Below are positions 1 to 12,275 of a stretch of DNA of 64,000 nucleotides, piece by piece. A program made the translations under genes and the position numbers. The stretch is from assembly GCA_015680685.1 (NCBI GenBank), contig MNCI01001481.1:14395-78394 (forward strand), read 5' to 3'. Each line of letters begins with the position of its first letter. The first letter of the stretch is position 1. Origin of the DNA: Gnetum montanum (taxonomy: Eukaryota > Plantae > Gnetophyta). The notes beneath the pieces were generated by a model that worked only from the letters and a program-made list of their open reading frames with translations, was not told the origin of the DNA and ran no database searches.

Positions 1-317
1 TAATTTGGTTGTAATCTTCATTAATTATCTAGCTAGAACACACAATTTCTTACCCTCAGCTTAATTTTCATAAATTTCTTTCCCATTTATTAACCCTCAA
101 AACTTTAACGTTCCAATATACCATTACATTCCCTTTTCTTCATAACCGCCCAATTTTTAATTGCTGAATTCACATCATTATCATTCAAAGTGCCTCTCGA
201 ATTCATGTAATTACCCTTGCATATATTTATCCTTGTCCATGTCCTCGTTTTACACCAATAATTTCAAGAACACCATTAAAAATTCGGTCTTTTTCATGTG
301 TCTCACCTTAGTTGGGA

Positions 318-410
318 CGAGATATCGCGTATGTGATATCACTTCCCACGTGATATCGCATACGCAATGTACCGTACGCAATATCGCATCCTATTTACCT
401 ATAAATAGGA
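318..410 (+). promoter_or_regulatory. Putative internal promoter of ORF2: GATATC(G/A)C palindromic repeat array + TATA box
   Basis: Several (G/A)ATATCGC/GATATCAC copies followed by CTATAAATAG (~399-408); same architecture as the LTR U3 at 3695-3846. Confidence 0.55.
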
Positions 411-729
411 ACCCCCACCGCAACACTTAGCATCATTTGGCCATTTATGCAAGGGGAATTTTTGAATTTTTTCTGTGTGACTTGCGATTGCGTGACCCTT
501 GCTTTTTCACTCATATTTCATGTGCTGGTGCTCCAATTTTAATTCTGTTTCAACCTGCTTGAACCCGGAGTGTTCAATTCAGTCGTGGGGGAGAGACACT
601 TGCCGAAAAGTGCCTAACGTTTTTGAAATTTTTCATCGCCCAAAGGAAATCAATTAGGATAATTAATACTAACACTTAGAAAAATTGTGCCAAAAATCAT
701 ATGACCTTAAGTATACAAGGAGATNGCAG

Positions 730-3516
730 ATGGCCCCGAAATGTTCACAGTAGAAGGGTCCTACCCAAGGTTGAGCAAAACAACCTAGGAGAGGTAGAAG
801 ACAAGGTCCTGCCGAACAACATACCGAACAGGAGGTGCACTCATTCGGTATCCATCAAGAACCTCCTACCAGATGATCCGAGCAGGTAGAAGGAGGAGTT
901 GCTGCTGCGCCTGAACTGGGACAACAACTCACGTTGCCCCCGGAATGTGTTCAGGCTATCCATACGAAGTCCACAATTGCTTCGGTGATTGTGGAACTTA
1001 ACTTTGAATCTTTTGTAGAGTTCGCTCTTGAGGCTGTTAGGTATCACCTTAAAGGGTCTCCGTTATGGCCTGTTCTCTCTGAAAATGGTGTCTGGTACTT
1101 AGGGGAAACATACCTATTCTGGCACAATAAGGATCAAGGCACCACGGTTAACATCGGTGGTGTGATAATAGATTTTTTTGCACAGGCAATTTCGGAAGTG
1201 TTAAACCTTCAGAATTCAGGCCCCCATGTTGCTCGGTTATCCACCCGATCAGACCCTGATGTGCGAAAGGATTGGTTAGAGAAGGCTTATGGCAGAGATA
1301 AAGCTTTTGGTGAGTTGACGACGGAAGAGCGGGTTTATTTTAAAATCGAAGCCTATCACCTCTTCCCCACTAAAGGTTTGAAAAAAATATCAATGTATGT
1401 AGCAAGAGGATGTGCAATGTTGATGGGAAAGGTTAATGCTAACCTTCCCCATCTATATTTGACAGAGATCCTAAGGTGATTCAAAGAACAGAAGTCAGGG
1501 AAGATGGCACTCCCTTTTCCCTACCTTATCAGAAAATTGTGTCGATGGGCTGGTATTCAGGGATACACAAATGACGTCCTCCAAAAGGCCCAAAATCCTT
1601 CTTATGCTGAATTATTAAAGGTGCCAGCTCCAAGAAAAATCACTGGCAAAGAGCTGGGACCAGATGAAGAAGAAGAAGAACAGATGACTGGATCACCTGC
1701 AACTCAACTTGCAGGACCTAGTCAACCTCCAGCCATAGGTCCCAGCCAACAACAAGAAGCAGGACCCAACATAGGCCAGGATCAACAACCGCCGCAAGAC
1801 TACAGACCTTCGATGAGCCATCTTAGGGCCATTGCCAAGACGGTTAGTTAGGGAATTCGTGATGACGCAAACCTCTTCCACGTCATTGATGATGCCAAAC
1901 ACCCTGCTATTTCAGTAGATCACACACGGGGTGAGTTATTAATGCAAACAGGAGGAGGGGAAAGCAGATGGTCACAACAGATCTTTGGAAACGTGGCATC
2001 TTTTCAAGTGCAGTTAGAGACTAGTGAAGGAGCCACTGTGGTGGTCATGCAACACTAGGATGCCGCGGGAGCTGCTGAAGTGGTCACTGATCACATCAAA
2101 GAGTCCTTTAATGTACCTGTTGTGCCACCAGGAGATCTTTCAGAATCACAGGATGCTCAAACTCTTGCCGGAACCTCAATGACTCCTACGAAACATGAGG
2201 ATGCACTGGACAGATTGCTTCAAACAGGACAAGTTTTGACATCTCTATTTGACATCCTCCAGGATGTAACAACAATTCAATCAGACCTCATTTCCACAAA
2301 TGGGAAGTTGGTCCTATTTGAAGTAAGGGCAGAGCATGCTAAAGCTGAAGTGCAAAAACTACAAGAGAAGCTCGTAGCCTTACAAGCAGCACAGCGGGAT
2401 CCTTTGCAATTTGTTCCTGCAGACTAGCTAGACAATTTTAGAACCAAGCAACTAACAAAACTAATTACAGAAAATAAGAAGGTGGTAGAAGAAAAGGAGA
2501 CAGCCACTTGGGATGCCTTCACAGCTCAAGCGCAAACTCACGTGCATCTTAAGGCACTCAGGGCCTTACAAGAAGAGAATAAGTAGTTGGTTGCAGATAA
2601 TCTTCAATTGACTTCTGTGGAGAAACAAAATAATGTTCTCGATGAACACTTTCATCAATTGCGAGAACAGTTTATTCTAGTCAACCGAGATATAAGCCGT
2701 TTAGCCAGAGAAAATCAAACCTTCTCAATGGAGGAGGTACACGCTATTCGACAAAAATCAGCCATCGAAATTAGCACATGGCAGAATGAGGCTAAACGAC
2801 ATGAGAAGCTGAAGGAGCATTTCCATGATCAGGTGGGGATGTACAAACAAATCATGGAGAAGGAGATCCATATGGCCAAGGCTCAAATCAACAACATCAG
2901 TGCCCAACACACTGATTGGAGGGCCATATTGGACACTTATGCCTACGCCCACCAAGCGAAAATTAAGAACCGGGACCTGCAGATCCAAGACTTGACTGAA
3001 TACATGGAGTTGACAAACCTTTGATATGCCAACCTAGCCATGTTAACAGTAGGATGCCCAAGGTCAAAGCTCGAGCAGCAGGTAGCTTCCACCCATATCA
3101 AATATGAAGCAGAATTTGCAGAGCAAAAAAAGTTGACTAAAAAACTAGATGTCGCAAATTCTGAACTTGCGGTGGTAAAAGAAAGCTACCAAGGACAAAA
3201 AGATGTTGCAACCGACTTGGCTTGATAGCTAATAGAGCTTCATGAATACAAAGACAAAGCCAGAGCCTATGAAGAGGAATGACAGGTGTTCGCGACATGG
3301 TATGTTAAGGCTAATCAGATGTTCCCGCAACTACCCTATCTGTGGGAAGTCCCAACTCCATCAAACATCAGAGCATCAGCATGGATGGCACAAGATCCCC
3401 GGACTGAAGAGGAGAAGCTCTAGGCTATTCTTCAGCATCGTCAACCTTCAAAGCTTGGAGCACGCGACAAAGGGAAAGCACCCATGGAGGATTCACTGTC
3501 ACCAAGAACTACATGA
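730..3516 (+). pseudogene. ORF2 / env-like accessory protein of element A (plant-transposon-protein-like domain, then long coiled coil), several premature stops
   Basis: Consecutive ORF-track fragments 934-1479, 1504-1851, 2080-2427, 2587-3024, 3040-3225 are in one frame, separated by stops; LPFPYLIRKLCRWAGI resembles the LPFPxLIxxLCxxAGV motif of Athila-type accessory proteins; colinear homolog at 34339-37065. Confidence 0.75.
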
Positions 3517-3687
3517 GTTCCACATTTTTGTAGTTGTAGTATTTTTTCTCTATGTTGTGTCTTCCCACACTGCGGCATTAGTCTATTTCTTTTTCCAGTT
3601 AATAATCCCATACCTATCCACTGTGTAATCACTGAAGCTTGTTCTCCTTGTAACTCGAGGATGAGTTTTTATTCAGTCGTGGGGGTA

Positions 3688-4493
3688 TGATGAGATGCGA
3701 TTCACATAGGCTGCGATATCGCATCCGCCGTGATATCACATCCCCTGCGATATCACATCCCCCGCGATATTGCATACGCAATATCGCATCTTCCCTCCGA
3801 TATTGCATACGCGATATCGCAATTTGTCACCATATCTATAAATAAGACACGGCTCTCCCTTGTTTGGGATCCCAGTTTTAGAGGAGCGAAGCTCTAGTAG
3901 TTTGATCCCTCCAGAGTTAGTTTTTTTTCCCGTGTCTACCCATAGTGTGGTGAATGTAATTGTACAATGTCTTTATTCTAGTGTGCCGTACTTGGACACG
4001 CACATGACCAGCAATAAAGATCGAGATTACTTCATCATTACATAGTTTATTTATTTGTTTGTTTATTTAATGCTATTTATTGCTTTCATAGCATGGTGTG
4101 AGTATGACTTGGTTACGAGCAACTACGGATGTGTACGGCTAGTCAAGGAATCGATTACTTATCACGATTAGTCTCTCACCCTTAAACTCCTAGAAGCGGA
4201 ATGAGTACGACTTGATTANNNNNNNNNNNNNNNNNNNNNNNNNNNNNNNNNNNNNNNNNNNNNNNNNNNNNNNNNNNNNNNNNNNNNNNNNNNNNNNNNN
4301 NNNNNNNNNNNNNNNNNNNNNNNNNNNNNNNNNNNNNNNNNNNNNNNNNNNNNNNNNNNNNNNNNNNNNNNNNNNNNNNNNNNNNNNNNNNNNNNNNNNN
4401 NNNNNNNNNNNNNNNNNNNNNNNNNNNNNNNNNNNNNNNNNNNNNNNNNCTCATTTCATATGGTTGAGTGTAGGGGTACCTCGCCACTCATCA
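3688..4493 (+). repeat. 3' LTR of element A (contains N gap 4219-4449)
   Basis: TG..CA termini TGATGAG/CTCATCA, GCGATATCGC repeat array, TATA box CTATAAATAAG at ~3836. Confidence 0.85.
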
Positions 4494-6199
4494 CTTGCTA
4501 TAAGATATTTTCTCTAAAACCTTCAAGCTCTAATAGAACTTATTAGTCATTTGTAGTGGAATAAGATCCATTTGAGATCCTTTTCTCTAAAATTTCAACC
4601 TTTAAAATGCCTTCAAAATTTAACCATGAGTGGCAAGCTCACTCCTAGTGAAATGATCAATAGACCAAAAGTCTTGATTAGCTCATAATGGCTTCACCAT
4701 GGATCATGGTTTGATAGACCATGACTTTTCTTCAAGTTGCGGTGGCTAAAATAGTGAAGAAAAATCAAAATTCCCTATCATGATACATGGAATGAGTTAT
4801 GGAACTCTATACCATGTATCATGGTAAATACCACAAGTGTTTTACTAGTCTATGCATGTATGTAGGATTCAAGGAAATAACATGAGAAGACAACTTGGGA
4901 CATGAACTTTCCAAGGCCTTTCTAGTAGTGTTACCTAGCTCAAAATAAAGATGTTGCTTAATCTATGTCAAGAAAATGGATCTAGATATCAATTTGGAAT
5001 CAAGATGGAGTTACATGACTCAAGAACAATGGAACCAAATGATATTGAAGTGTCAAAGTTGTTAGTCCAAGAATCAAGGAAAACATTCTCAATCCAAGAT
5101 GGACTTCTCACTAGAGGCCTAGGAAAGTCTAGGTACATGTAGCTAGTCTAGGATGGATGTCTCATAGAAGCCTAACACTATTTAACATGGACATATATCA
5201 TTTTCTTGTACATCTAGGACAAGGCAAGGTGGTGTGTAAGGTGGATATTTAAGCCTCAAATGAGATATCCAAGGTAGACATTGTGACAAAATAAAAGTCA
5301 TTTCATGTCATTTTGGCACTCCAGTTTAACTTCAAGTTATTGAAGAAAGTTTGGGAAGGTTGGTTTGCTTCAACATCAACCTCGCTTTCTACAAAAAACA
5401 CTAATATCTTAACAATTAGTTAATCAACTACACATAATTTCTCATCTCCATACATACTCATTGCTCCTATTACATAAAGGCTAATATTATTTTTACTAGA
5501 AGCTCTACAACTACTATACATCTTATTAGGGCTTGAAACACTTATGCTTTATTGATCTATATTCTGTCATTAGTATTCCTTTACTTATAGGGATTATTAT
5601 TCTTATATGTCCTATCATATATTTATATTATGTAGATTATATATTTGTGAGATCATTCTCTATGCACTTTACCTATTATATATTTGCTTCAAAGAGCTTT
5701 GGATTTTCTTTAAGGGTAAAATTCCAATTTGTATTATGAAATCTTGAAAGGTTTGTACCTTGGTGAATTCTATGGGATCACCAAGTATTAGTGGTTTTAT
5801 CTTGAAGGGTTCCAATAAGTCCTATAAGTGCACTGTTAATCTCAAGCTTGTAAGGTTCTTAGAAGTCCTAAGGGATACTAAGTTTAGAGATCTCATCATC
5901 AATGCCTTGCAAGGATTTTGTAGCATTCAAGGATCTGACATTGTGGTGTCCTCTACAACTTTTGTTTTATTTATGAATTAAAGTGATAAGATTTACCACA
6001 TATATTGGTAAATATATTTCATTATATTTTTATTTCATTTCATTCCAATATTTAAATTTTATTTTTAGTAAATATTTTTAGAACCCATTCAAGCCCATCA
6101 TCTAAGTTTAGTGATCCACAACTTTTAACTTGATTTTTCCAACATCATGATACTAAAGATATTTATCAACCCCTAAAAAACATTTTTTGTTTACACTTT

Positions 6200-7071
6200 T
6201 TATGAGTGGTGAGGTGCCACTACACTCAACCATATGAATACGAACGTGTACACACAATCTGTTCAAACTCCCCAAATGGACTAGTTGTGGTATCTAGATA
6301 GTTACACGTTGATCGTAGTTTGTTTTCTTCCCACCTAGACTAGTATTTGCTTTGTCACGTATGGTCTAGTCTAGAATGAGGTGTATGATATGATTTCTAA
6401 CATTAGGCTACTCCTAGAGACAATGGAAAGTAATCTTGATTAAACTAATAAGCAATAGGAAATGAAGTCTAAGCTAGCTTAAGTGCGATGAGCATTCGTC
6501 CTTAATCATCCGTATGCATCTTGGACCTCATGTACTACTTCTGGGATTACCAAGCACACATTACTTGAGCCCTCCTAGATACGCTACTGGGTTACCAAGT
6601 AGTTACACTTCAATGTTCATGATTAAGTCGTACTCATTCTGCATTTAACAACAGGAATAGTAAATGACGGTAACTAAGAAAAAAAATAACAATAACAATT
6701 AAATAATTAAAACTAAGTGAATGCTGCAATGATGGAGTAATCTCGATCTTTATTGTTGATCATGTATGTGTCCAAGTATGTCACACTCGAATAAAGGTTT
6801 CGTACAATTACAAGCATCACACTACGGGCATGCACTTGGAAAAATAGTCTAACTCCTACGAAAACAAACTATAAGAGCTTCACTATAACTTGAACAAAAG
6901 GTGCCTAAATGTGGTGGGTGCATGCATATTTATAGCAAAAAATGAACTCTTTGTTGACAAGGCCAAGTTAACACATGGAAAGATGCATCGATGGGGTCCT
7001 GTTGACACGACTGCGTTGATGGGGCTTCGTAGACCCGGCCCAGTCGACATTGTCCACTAGATGCTTCATCA
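6200..7071 (-). repeat. 3' LTR of element D
   Basis: Starts TGATGAAG on minus next to the PPT; GTCGAC-type repeats then TATA; matches 11567-12121. Confidence 0.9.
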
Positions 7072-7255
7072 TACCCCCACAACTAAATAACAACTCATCC
7101 TCGAGTCAAAAAAAATGAGAACAAGTGCAATTAATTACACAGTGGATAGGTATGGGATTATTAACTACTAGGAATTTACTCATGTTGTAGTGTGGAATTA
7201 AACAAAACAAAATTGGGACACAGACACAGAGTGCAGAATGCAAAATTATTGGAAC

Positions 7256-7693
7256 TCATGTGGTTCTTGGCAGTGGTGGCTCCTCCATGGGCCTCTTCCC
7301 CTTGTCTTGTGCTCCAGGTCTTGGAAGTTGATGGCTCTAAAGGAGTGCCTAGAGATTTTCCTCTTTATTTTGGAGATCCTGTGCCATCCATGCTGATGCT
7401 CCAATGTTTGATGGAGTCAACACCTCCCATGGACACGGTAGTTGCAAGAACATTTGATTTGCTTTGACATACCAAGCTGCAAATAGCTGTTGTTTCTCCT
7501 TATAGGCTCGACCCTTGACCTCTCCACTTTTTTCTTAGTTAGATTGTGCAGTCACAGGAGTTCCTTGATGGATGCTAAATGATTGTGCCTCCTATGTTGC
7601 ATGTTCTACATGAGGTCCTTGGCCTCTGCCTTCCCCTGGGCGTTTAGTTGCACCTTGAGAAGGTCCTCCTTGTTGTCCTCTTTTAGGGGCCAG
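7256..7693 (-). pseudogene. Internally deleted ORF2 (N-terminal ~45 codons fused to the C-terminal ~90 codons)
   Basis: Minus strand matches 730-~870, then jumps to ~3245-3516 of element A (AWYVKANQMF..., GKRPME). Confidence 0.75.
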
Positions 7694-9299
7694 CTATAAT
7701 CACACAAAAATCAATTGTTAGTAAGGTTATTGAAATAAGTTCAATTATTTCATACCTTACTCATTTCCTTTAATAAATGTTGAATTCTTTGCTTAGTGTG
7801 ATTCTAAGGTTACAAATTTTTTTCAAGGAAGTTTCCCTAAAAGTTTAATGTCAGACCTAATTTGTTTAGGTGACACATAAAAGGACATGTAATGGTTCAT
7901 AGGAACATTGGAACTAAAAGGATGATAAGAGAAAGAATAAATTTGTCAATGAAGTACATGGAAGGTATAAAATGATGTGGTGGTGATGTACAATGAGTGT
8001 AAATTACAAAGGTTACACAAGTGGATCCTCCCCAAAGTAGGTTCCTACCTATGATGCCCTTACGTAACCACCCTAAAAATGTCTATAGGCACTAGAAGGG
8101 TGAAATGCAATCCACACTAGTTGCACAAAACACACACATATAGATACCACCATGATGAGATATGAATTCAATACTACACAAGACACGAGTCACAAATACA
8201 TGAATAGCAAGATGAGGTGAATTGTAGAAGGGATTGCAGATATTGGGACATGAGGCAACTAACCCAAGGCATAATGAATCTTGAGTGTAGGGCATGATTA
8301 ATGTGTTATTAGCCTATTGCTCCAAAATCAAAACCAAGTCCATTCCTCCAATCAGTGACATCGCATTGTTTCATCCAATGATGGACAACAATAAGAGCAC
8401 CATGATAGCAAGGCGTATGATCACTTGGCATTTCATCCAAGGGAGGAGTCGTTTAGAATTTGTTCTGTGGCACATGTTTTTTTTTTCAGCCGCTTTGGCA
8501 CTTTTTCCTTTCCAATCAGTGAACCAGAGAAGCTACCAACCTTTAGGCATGGATGCATGTCTTTCCAATGGGACCCCCAAAACAGTATTAAGTTTCTTTA
8601 TTGAGTGCCTTTATTACTCTTACTCCCATTTTTGTTAGATCTACAAGGACCTTAGTACAACTAGGTTACATGATAGCACCCACAGAGGTCACCAAAAAGA
8701 ATCGACAAGTTCCCTTAATGTCACACCCTGGTCATTCCCTCTTAGTCCATCATTTTTCGCTCTAAGCATAATGAGCACAAGATTGATTTTAAGTTTTCAT
8801 GATGACAAGAATAGCATCATACCTAGAGTAGAACCTCTTATTAATAGAATGGGTGGGTGGATGTTGTGGGCTCATTGTCCAAATAATTAATCACCTGAGA
8901 CTTGATAGCATAGGACAACACATCAATTGATGAGTCACATGGGTATTTTATTTGCCGATGAGATTACCCATAAAAACATAAAACAACAAATTGAAAGATA
9001 AAAAAGTAGAAGTCAAAAAAAATAAAAAAACAACAAATTAAAAATGAAGAATTGGAAAAAAAATTGTAAAATCAAATAAAAAGAAAAACATTTACTAATT
9101 CTTCTTGTCAAAATGGAGGATATCCCCCATAACTAATCCTTTGAGTATGGCTAGAATTAATAAATGGAAAATTTGGATCCAAGCATTTTGGGAACATTGG
9201 AGTCTAGTCATATCCAAACCACTGGGTGTCCTTTGATGTGGTGGTTGGAATGTACCCAAATTAGGATTCACACACTCAATTGAAGTTGGCATAGTGGGG

Positions 9300-11400
9300 A
9301 AAATTATAAGATGTGGTCATGTGATATGAAGTTGACCCACTATGGCACCCATGAACATAAGTTGGTATGCAAGGATCGATATGTCTCCCTATGTGGCTAT
9401 ATTCATTAGGCTACATGGTCATTGGAGCATTAATTGATGGCCTAGATAGAGTCACTAAAGGTGTTGAGTTCGAGGGAGAAGATGCATCATAGTGCTAAAC
9501 TTGTGCTAATTTGGTGGTTGCAGTGGTTTGAAGACTATGTTGTCTCTTTCTATAGTCATTCCTAAAGAAAGGATGCTTTCAACATTGTGAAGGACCTCCA
9601 CTACTATTGATAGTAGTAGCATAGGTAACATTCATGGCTTAGTGCTGTGGTGCAAAACCTTCTGGCACAGTTGGTGGTGATGTAGAAAGGGATAAAGTAT
9701 GAGAATATTGAGGTTGAGAAGAATTGTAAGGCACATGAGGTGGTGATCTTGTTGGATAGGACATGGATGGATAGTACTCAGGAGAATGACAATGATGAGG
9801 TGAGGTAGATGATGCTAATCCCATTGGAGAAACATGGTGTTGAACATAATAAGCATTTGACGTTGGCACATACGAAGGGTATGCTCTAGTTGGCAGTGGC
9901 CTCCCCCACGACTGAGGTTTTTGCCACTATGGTTGGACCAGGTATTTCTGTATGAAATTTGGATGTAACATTCCTTCCCAATGCTCATGTAAATGTGACA
10001 AGATTGGGGATTGGCCTTTGAGGTGATCGTACATGCAAATGTCACATTGATATGGGTGATTTGTAGTTGAGCCCTTATCTTTATTTTCTTCAACCCTTCT
10101 TTTCGATTGTCTAGTGGTGTCCTGTCCTATTGCTCAATTTGGCATACTTCCGCCTCTAATAATGTTGGTCTATTATCTGCATTTTTAATGTACCCATTCC
10201 ATAATCTTATTGATCCTTGCCTCAATTTCATCTAGTGATTGTAGCATTGGCAAAGATGATACCACCTCCTTGAGGTGACTTGATTTCCCCTCTTCATGAT
10301 TATGGACCTTTGCTAATTCAAGATTTTGGTCCTGTTGAGAGCTTTCAAAATTCTCCCATTTAGCCATTCTTCTTCTTCATTTGCTACTCACTTAATAAGC
10401 TCTTGGAGTTGGTGGATCTATAGCTCATATAGTTGAATTGGGGCATACATCCTTAGGGTCTCCCTTGTTTCATTACAAAGCCCATCTAGGATGTGGTACA
10501 TTAGCCTTTCCTCAGAGAATCCATGGCCTAGGCAATTGTTTAACAATGAATAGTATCTTTCTAAGGCCATTTCCAAGGGTACATGCTGCCCTTTTTTCCA
10601 TTCTTGGATTTGTATCCTCAAGGCTGACACTCTTGCATAGGTTTGATATCTTTCATTAAAGAGTTCTACCATTGTCAGCCAACATCGAATTGATTTTGGT
10701 TTTAAGGACCTGTACCACACTTTTGCTTGGCCAACGAGTGTCATAGGAAAGAGCTTAAGTCTTTTCCATCCATTATCAATGTTGTTCCATACATAGGCAT
10801 CGTAGAAGGCTTGTAAATGATGTTGCGAATCTAAATCATAGCCTCTTGAAAACTTGGGAAAGTTATTTAAATCAAGCCTAGGTAGATGGCTTTCCTTGCG
10901 ATGCTTGCAAGATATTTGAACAGCCTCTTGTATATGCATTAGGCTCTTAGTGGCCAGCATGGGTTCATCATCACTAGGTAGGTTATGAATTTACGAGTTG
11001 GGAAAATGTTGTCTTCATTCATGTTGGCATTTATGATTTTGCCTGTGGGCTCAATTTTTATTTCTACGGCAACCCCTTGAAATACGGTCATCTATGTCAC
11101 AACCTGTCATTGAAGGAGTAGAGGAAGAGAAATAACTGGAAGACTCATCATGGCTTTTGTAAGTCTTCCAATCATCCTTGGATAGATTCTTGTTAACTAT
11201 TGAGAAGGTCCTAGGTCTTATGGGCCCCCTCATTCTATGGGATGTCCCATCCATTCTAGAGGTGCTAAAGTTGGATGATAAAGGTCCTTGAGTACTGTTG
11301 GGGTGCTCATGATCATAGGAGACCCCTACATAGGATTGAGTACTCCTAACTTCGTCTTCATCATCATATATTTCATTGGTTCTCCAATGAATTGCCTAGT
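9300..11400 (-). pseudogene. Retrotransposon gag (element D), degenerate; no protease/RT follows
   Basis: ORF 10418-10960 ..HLQAFYDAY..RLKLFPMTLVGQAKVWYRSLKPKSIRCWLTMVELFNERY.. matches the Retrotrans_gag core; P/Q/Y-rich tail. Confidence 0.85.
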
Positions 11401-11566
11401 TGTGATGCGGTCATAGTCTTGTGAGAGAGACATTGTTGTGAATTGTGTGTGACTTAGTTGAAATTAATTTCTTTTCTAAAAGATATATCATGAATACTTT
11501 GTTACAGCAATCTTGTATGATATAACTAATCTAGATAACTAGCACCATACTCAGCAACAGCACCAA

Positions 11567-12121
11567 TTATGAGTGGTGAGGTACCCCTACACACAACTAT
11601 ACAAATATGAGCATGTACGCACGATCCAATTGAACTCCGCAGATGGACTAGTTGTGCTATCTAGATAGTTACACATTGATCACAGTTCATTGTCTTCCCA
11701 CCTGGACTAGTATTTTCTTTATCATGTATGGTTTAGTCCAGAATGGGGTGTATGATATGATTTCTAACACTAGGCTACTCCTAGAAACAATGGAAAGTAA
11801 TCTTGATTAAACTAATAAGTAATAGGAAATGAAGTCCAAGCTAGCCTAAGTGCGATAAGCATCTATCCTTAATCATTTGTACGCATCTTGGACCTCGTGT
11901 ACTACTTCTAGGATTACCAAGAACACATTACTTTAGTGCTCCTAGATACGCTACTGGGTTGCCAAGTAGTTACACTTCAATGTTCGTGATTAAGTACTCA
12001 TTCCACATTTAACAACAAGAACAGTAAATGATGGTAAAGAAATATTAACTAAGAAAACAATAAATAAAAATAACAATTAAACAATTAAAACTAAGTGAAT
12101 GCTGCAATGATGGAGTAATCT
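11567..12121 (-). repeat. 5' LTR of element D, truncated (U3 end missing)
   Basis: Near-identical to 6200-~6743; similarity stops at GGAGTAATCT (12121). Confidence 0.85.
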
Positions 12122-12122
12122 T

Positions 12123-12275
12123 AGGGACCATCATTTAGAATGAGGGTAATATGGTCATTTCTTAAGTCAAAGACTTGGGTTCAAGCCTAGGCATACTTAC
12201 TCGAAGAGTTTAGGCTTTTTCTCATCTACCAATACTTCCAAAACCCCACTTAGTAGGATAAGCAATTTGGCTTTA
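12123..12275 (+). mobile_element. Degenerate tRNA-derived SINE-like fragment
   Basis: B-box-like GACTTGGGTTCAAGCC (~12172-12187) and 3' motif ACCCCACTTAGTAGGA resembling the 3' ends of plant SINEs. Confidence 0.35.

Larger units (their letters stand above)
1..4493 (+). mobile_element. Athila-like Ty3/gypsy LTR retrotransposon, 3' part (element A; 5' end outside window)
   Basis: PPT ATTCAGTCGTGGGGGTA (3671-3687) directly precedes LTR TGATGAG at 3688; LTR ends CCACTCATCA at 4493; env-like ORF2 upstream; homologous to elements C and D in this window. Confidence 0.85.
6200..12121 (-). mobile_element. Athila-like non-autonomous LTR element D (gag + internally deleted ORF2; 5' LTR truncated)
   Basis: Direct repeats 6200-~6743 and 11567-12121; minus-strand PBS TGGTGCTGTTGCTGAG (11550-11565, tRNA-Asp type); minus-strand PPT TTAGTTGTGGGGGTA at 7072-7086; gag ORF 10418-10960. 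Confidence 0.9.

Noticed and set aside
3695-3825. Regularly spaced repeats as a possible CRISPR-like array
   Set aside because: Short palindromic LTR sub-repeats with no unique spacers or cas genes; eukaryotic context
4182-4517. Two 101-aa ORFs
   Set aside because: Artefacts of translating through the N gap
4494-6199. Possible Ty1/copia (SIRE-like) 3' region and LTR remnant
   Set aside because: Only vague compositional resemblance; no clear motif, termini or partner repeat
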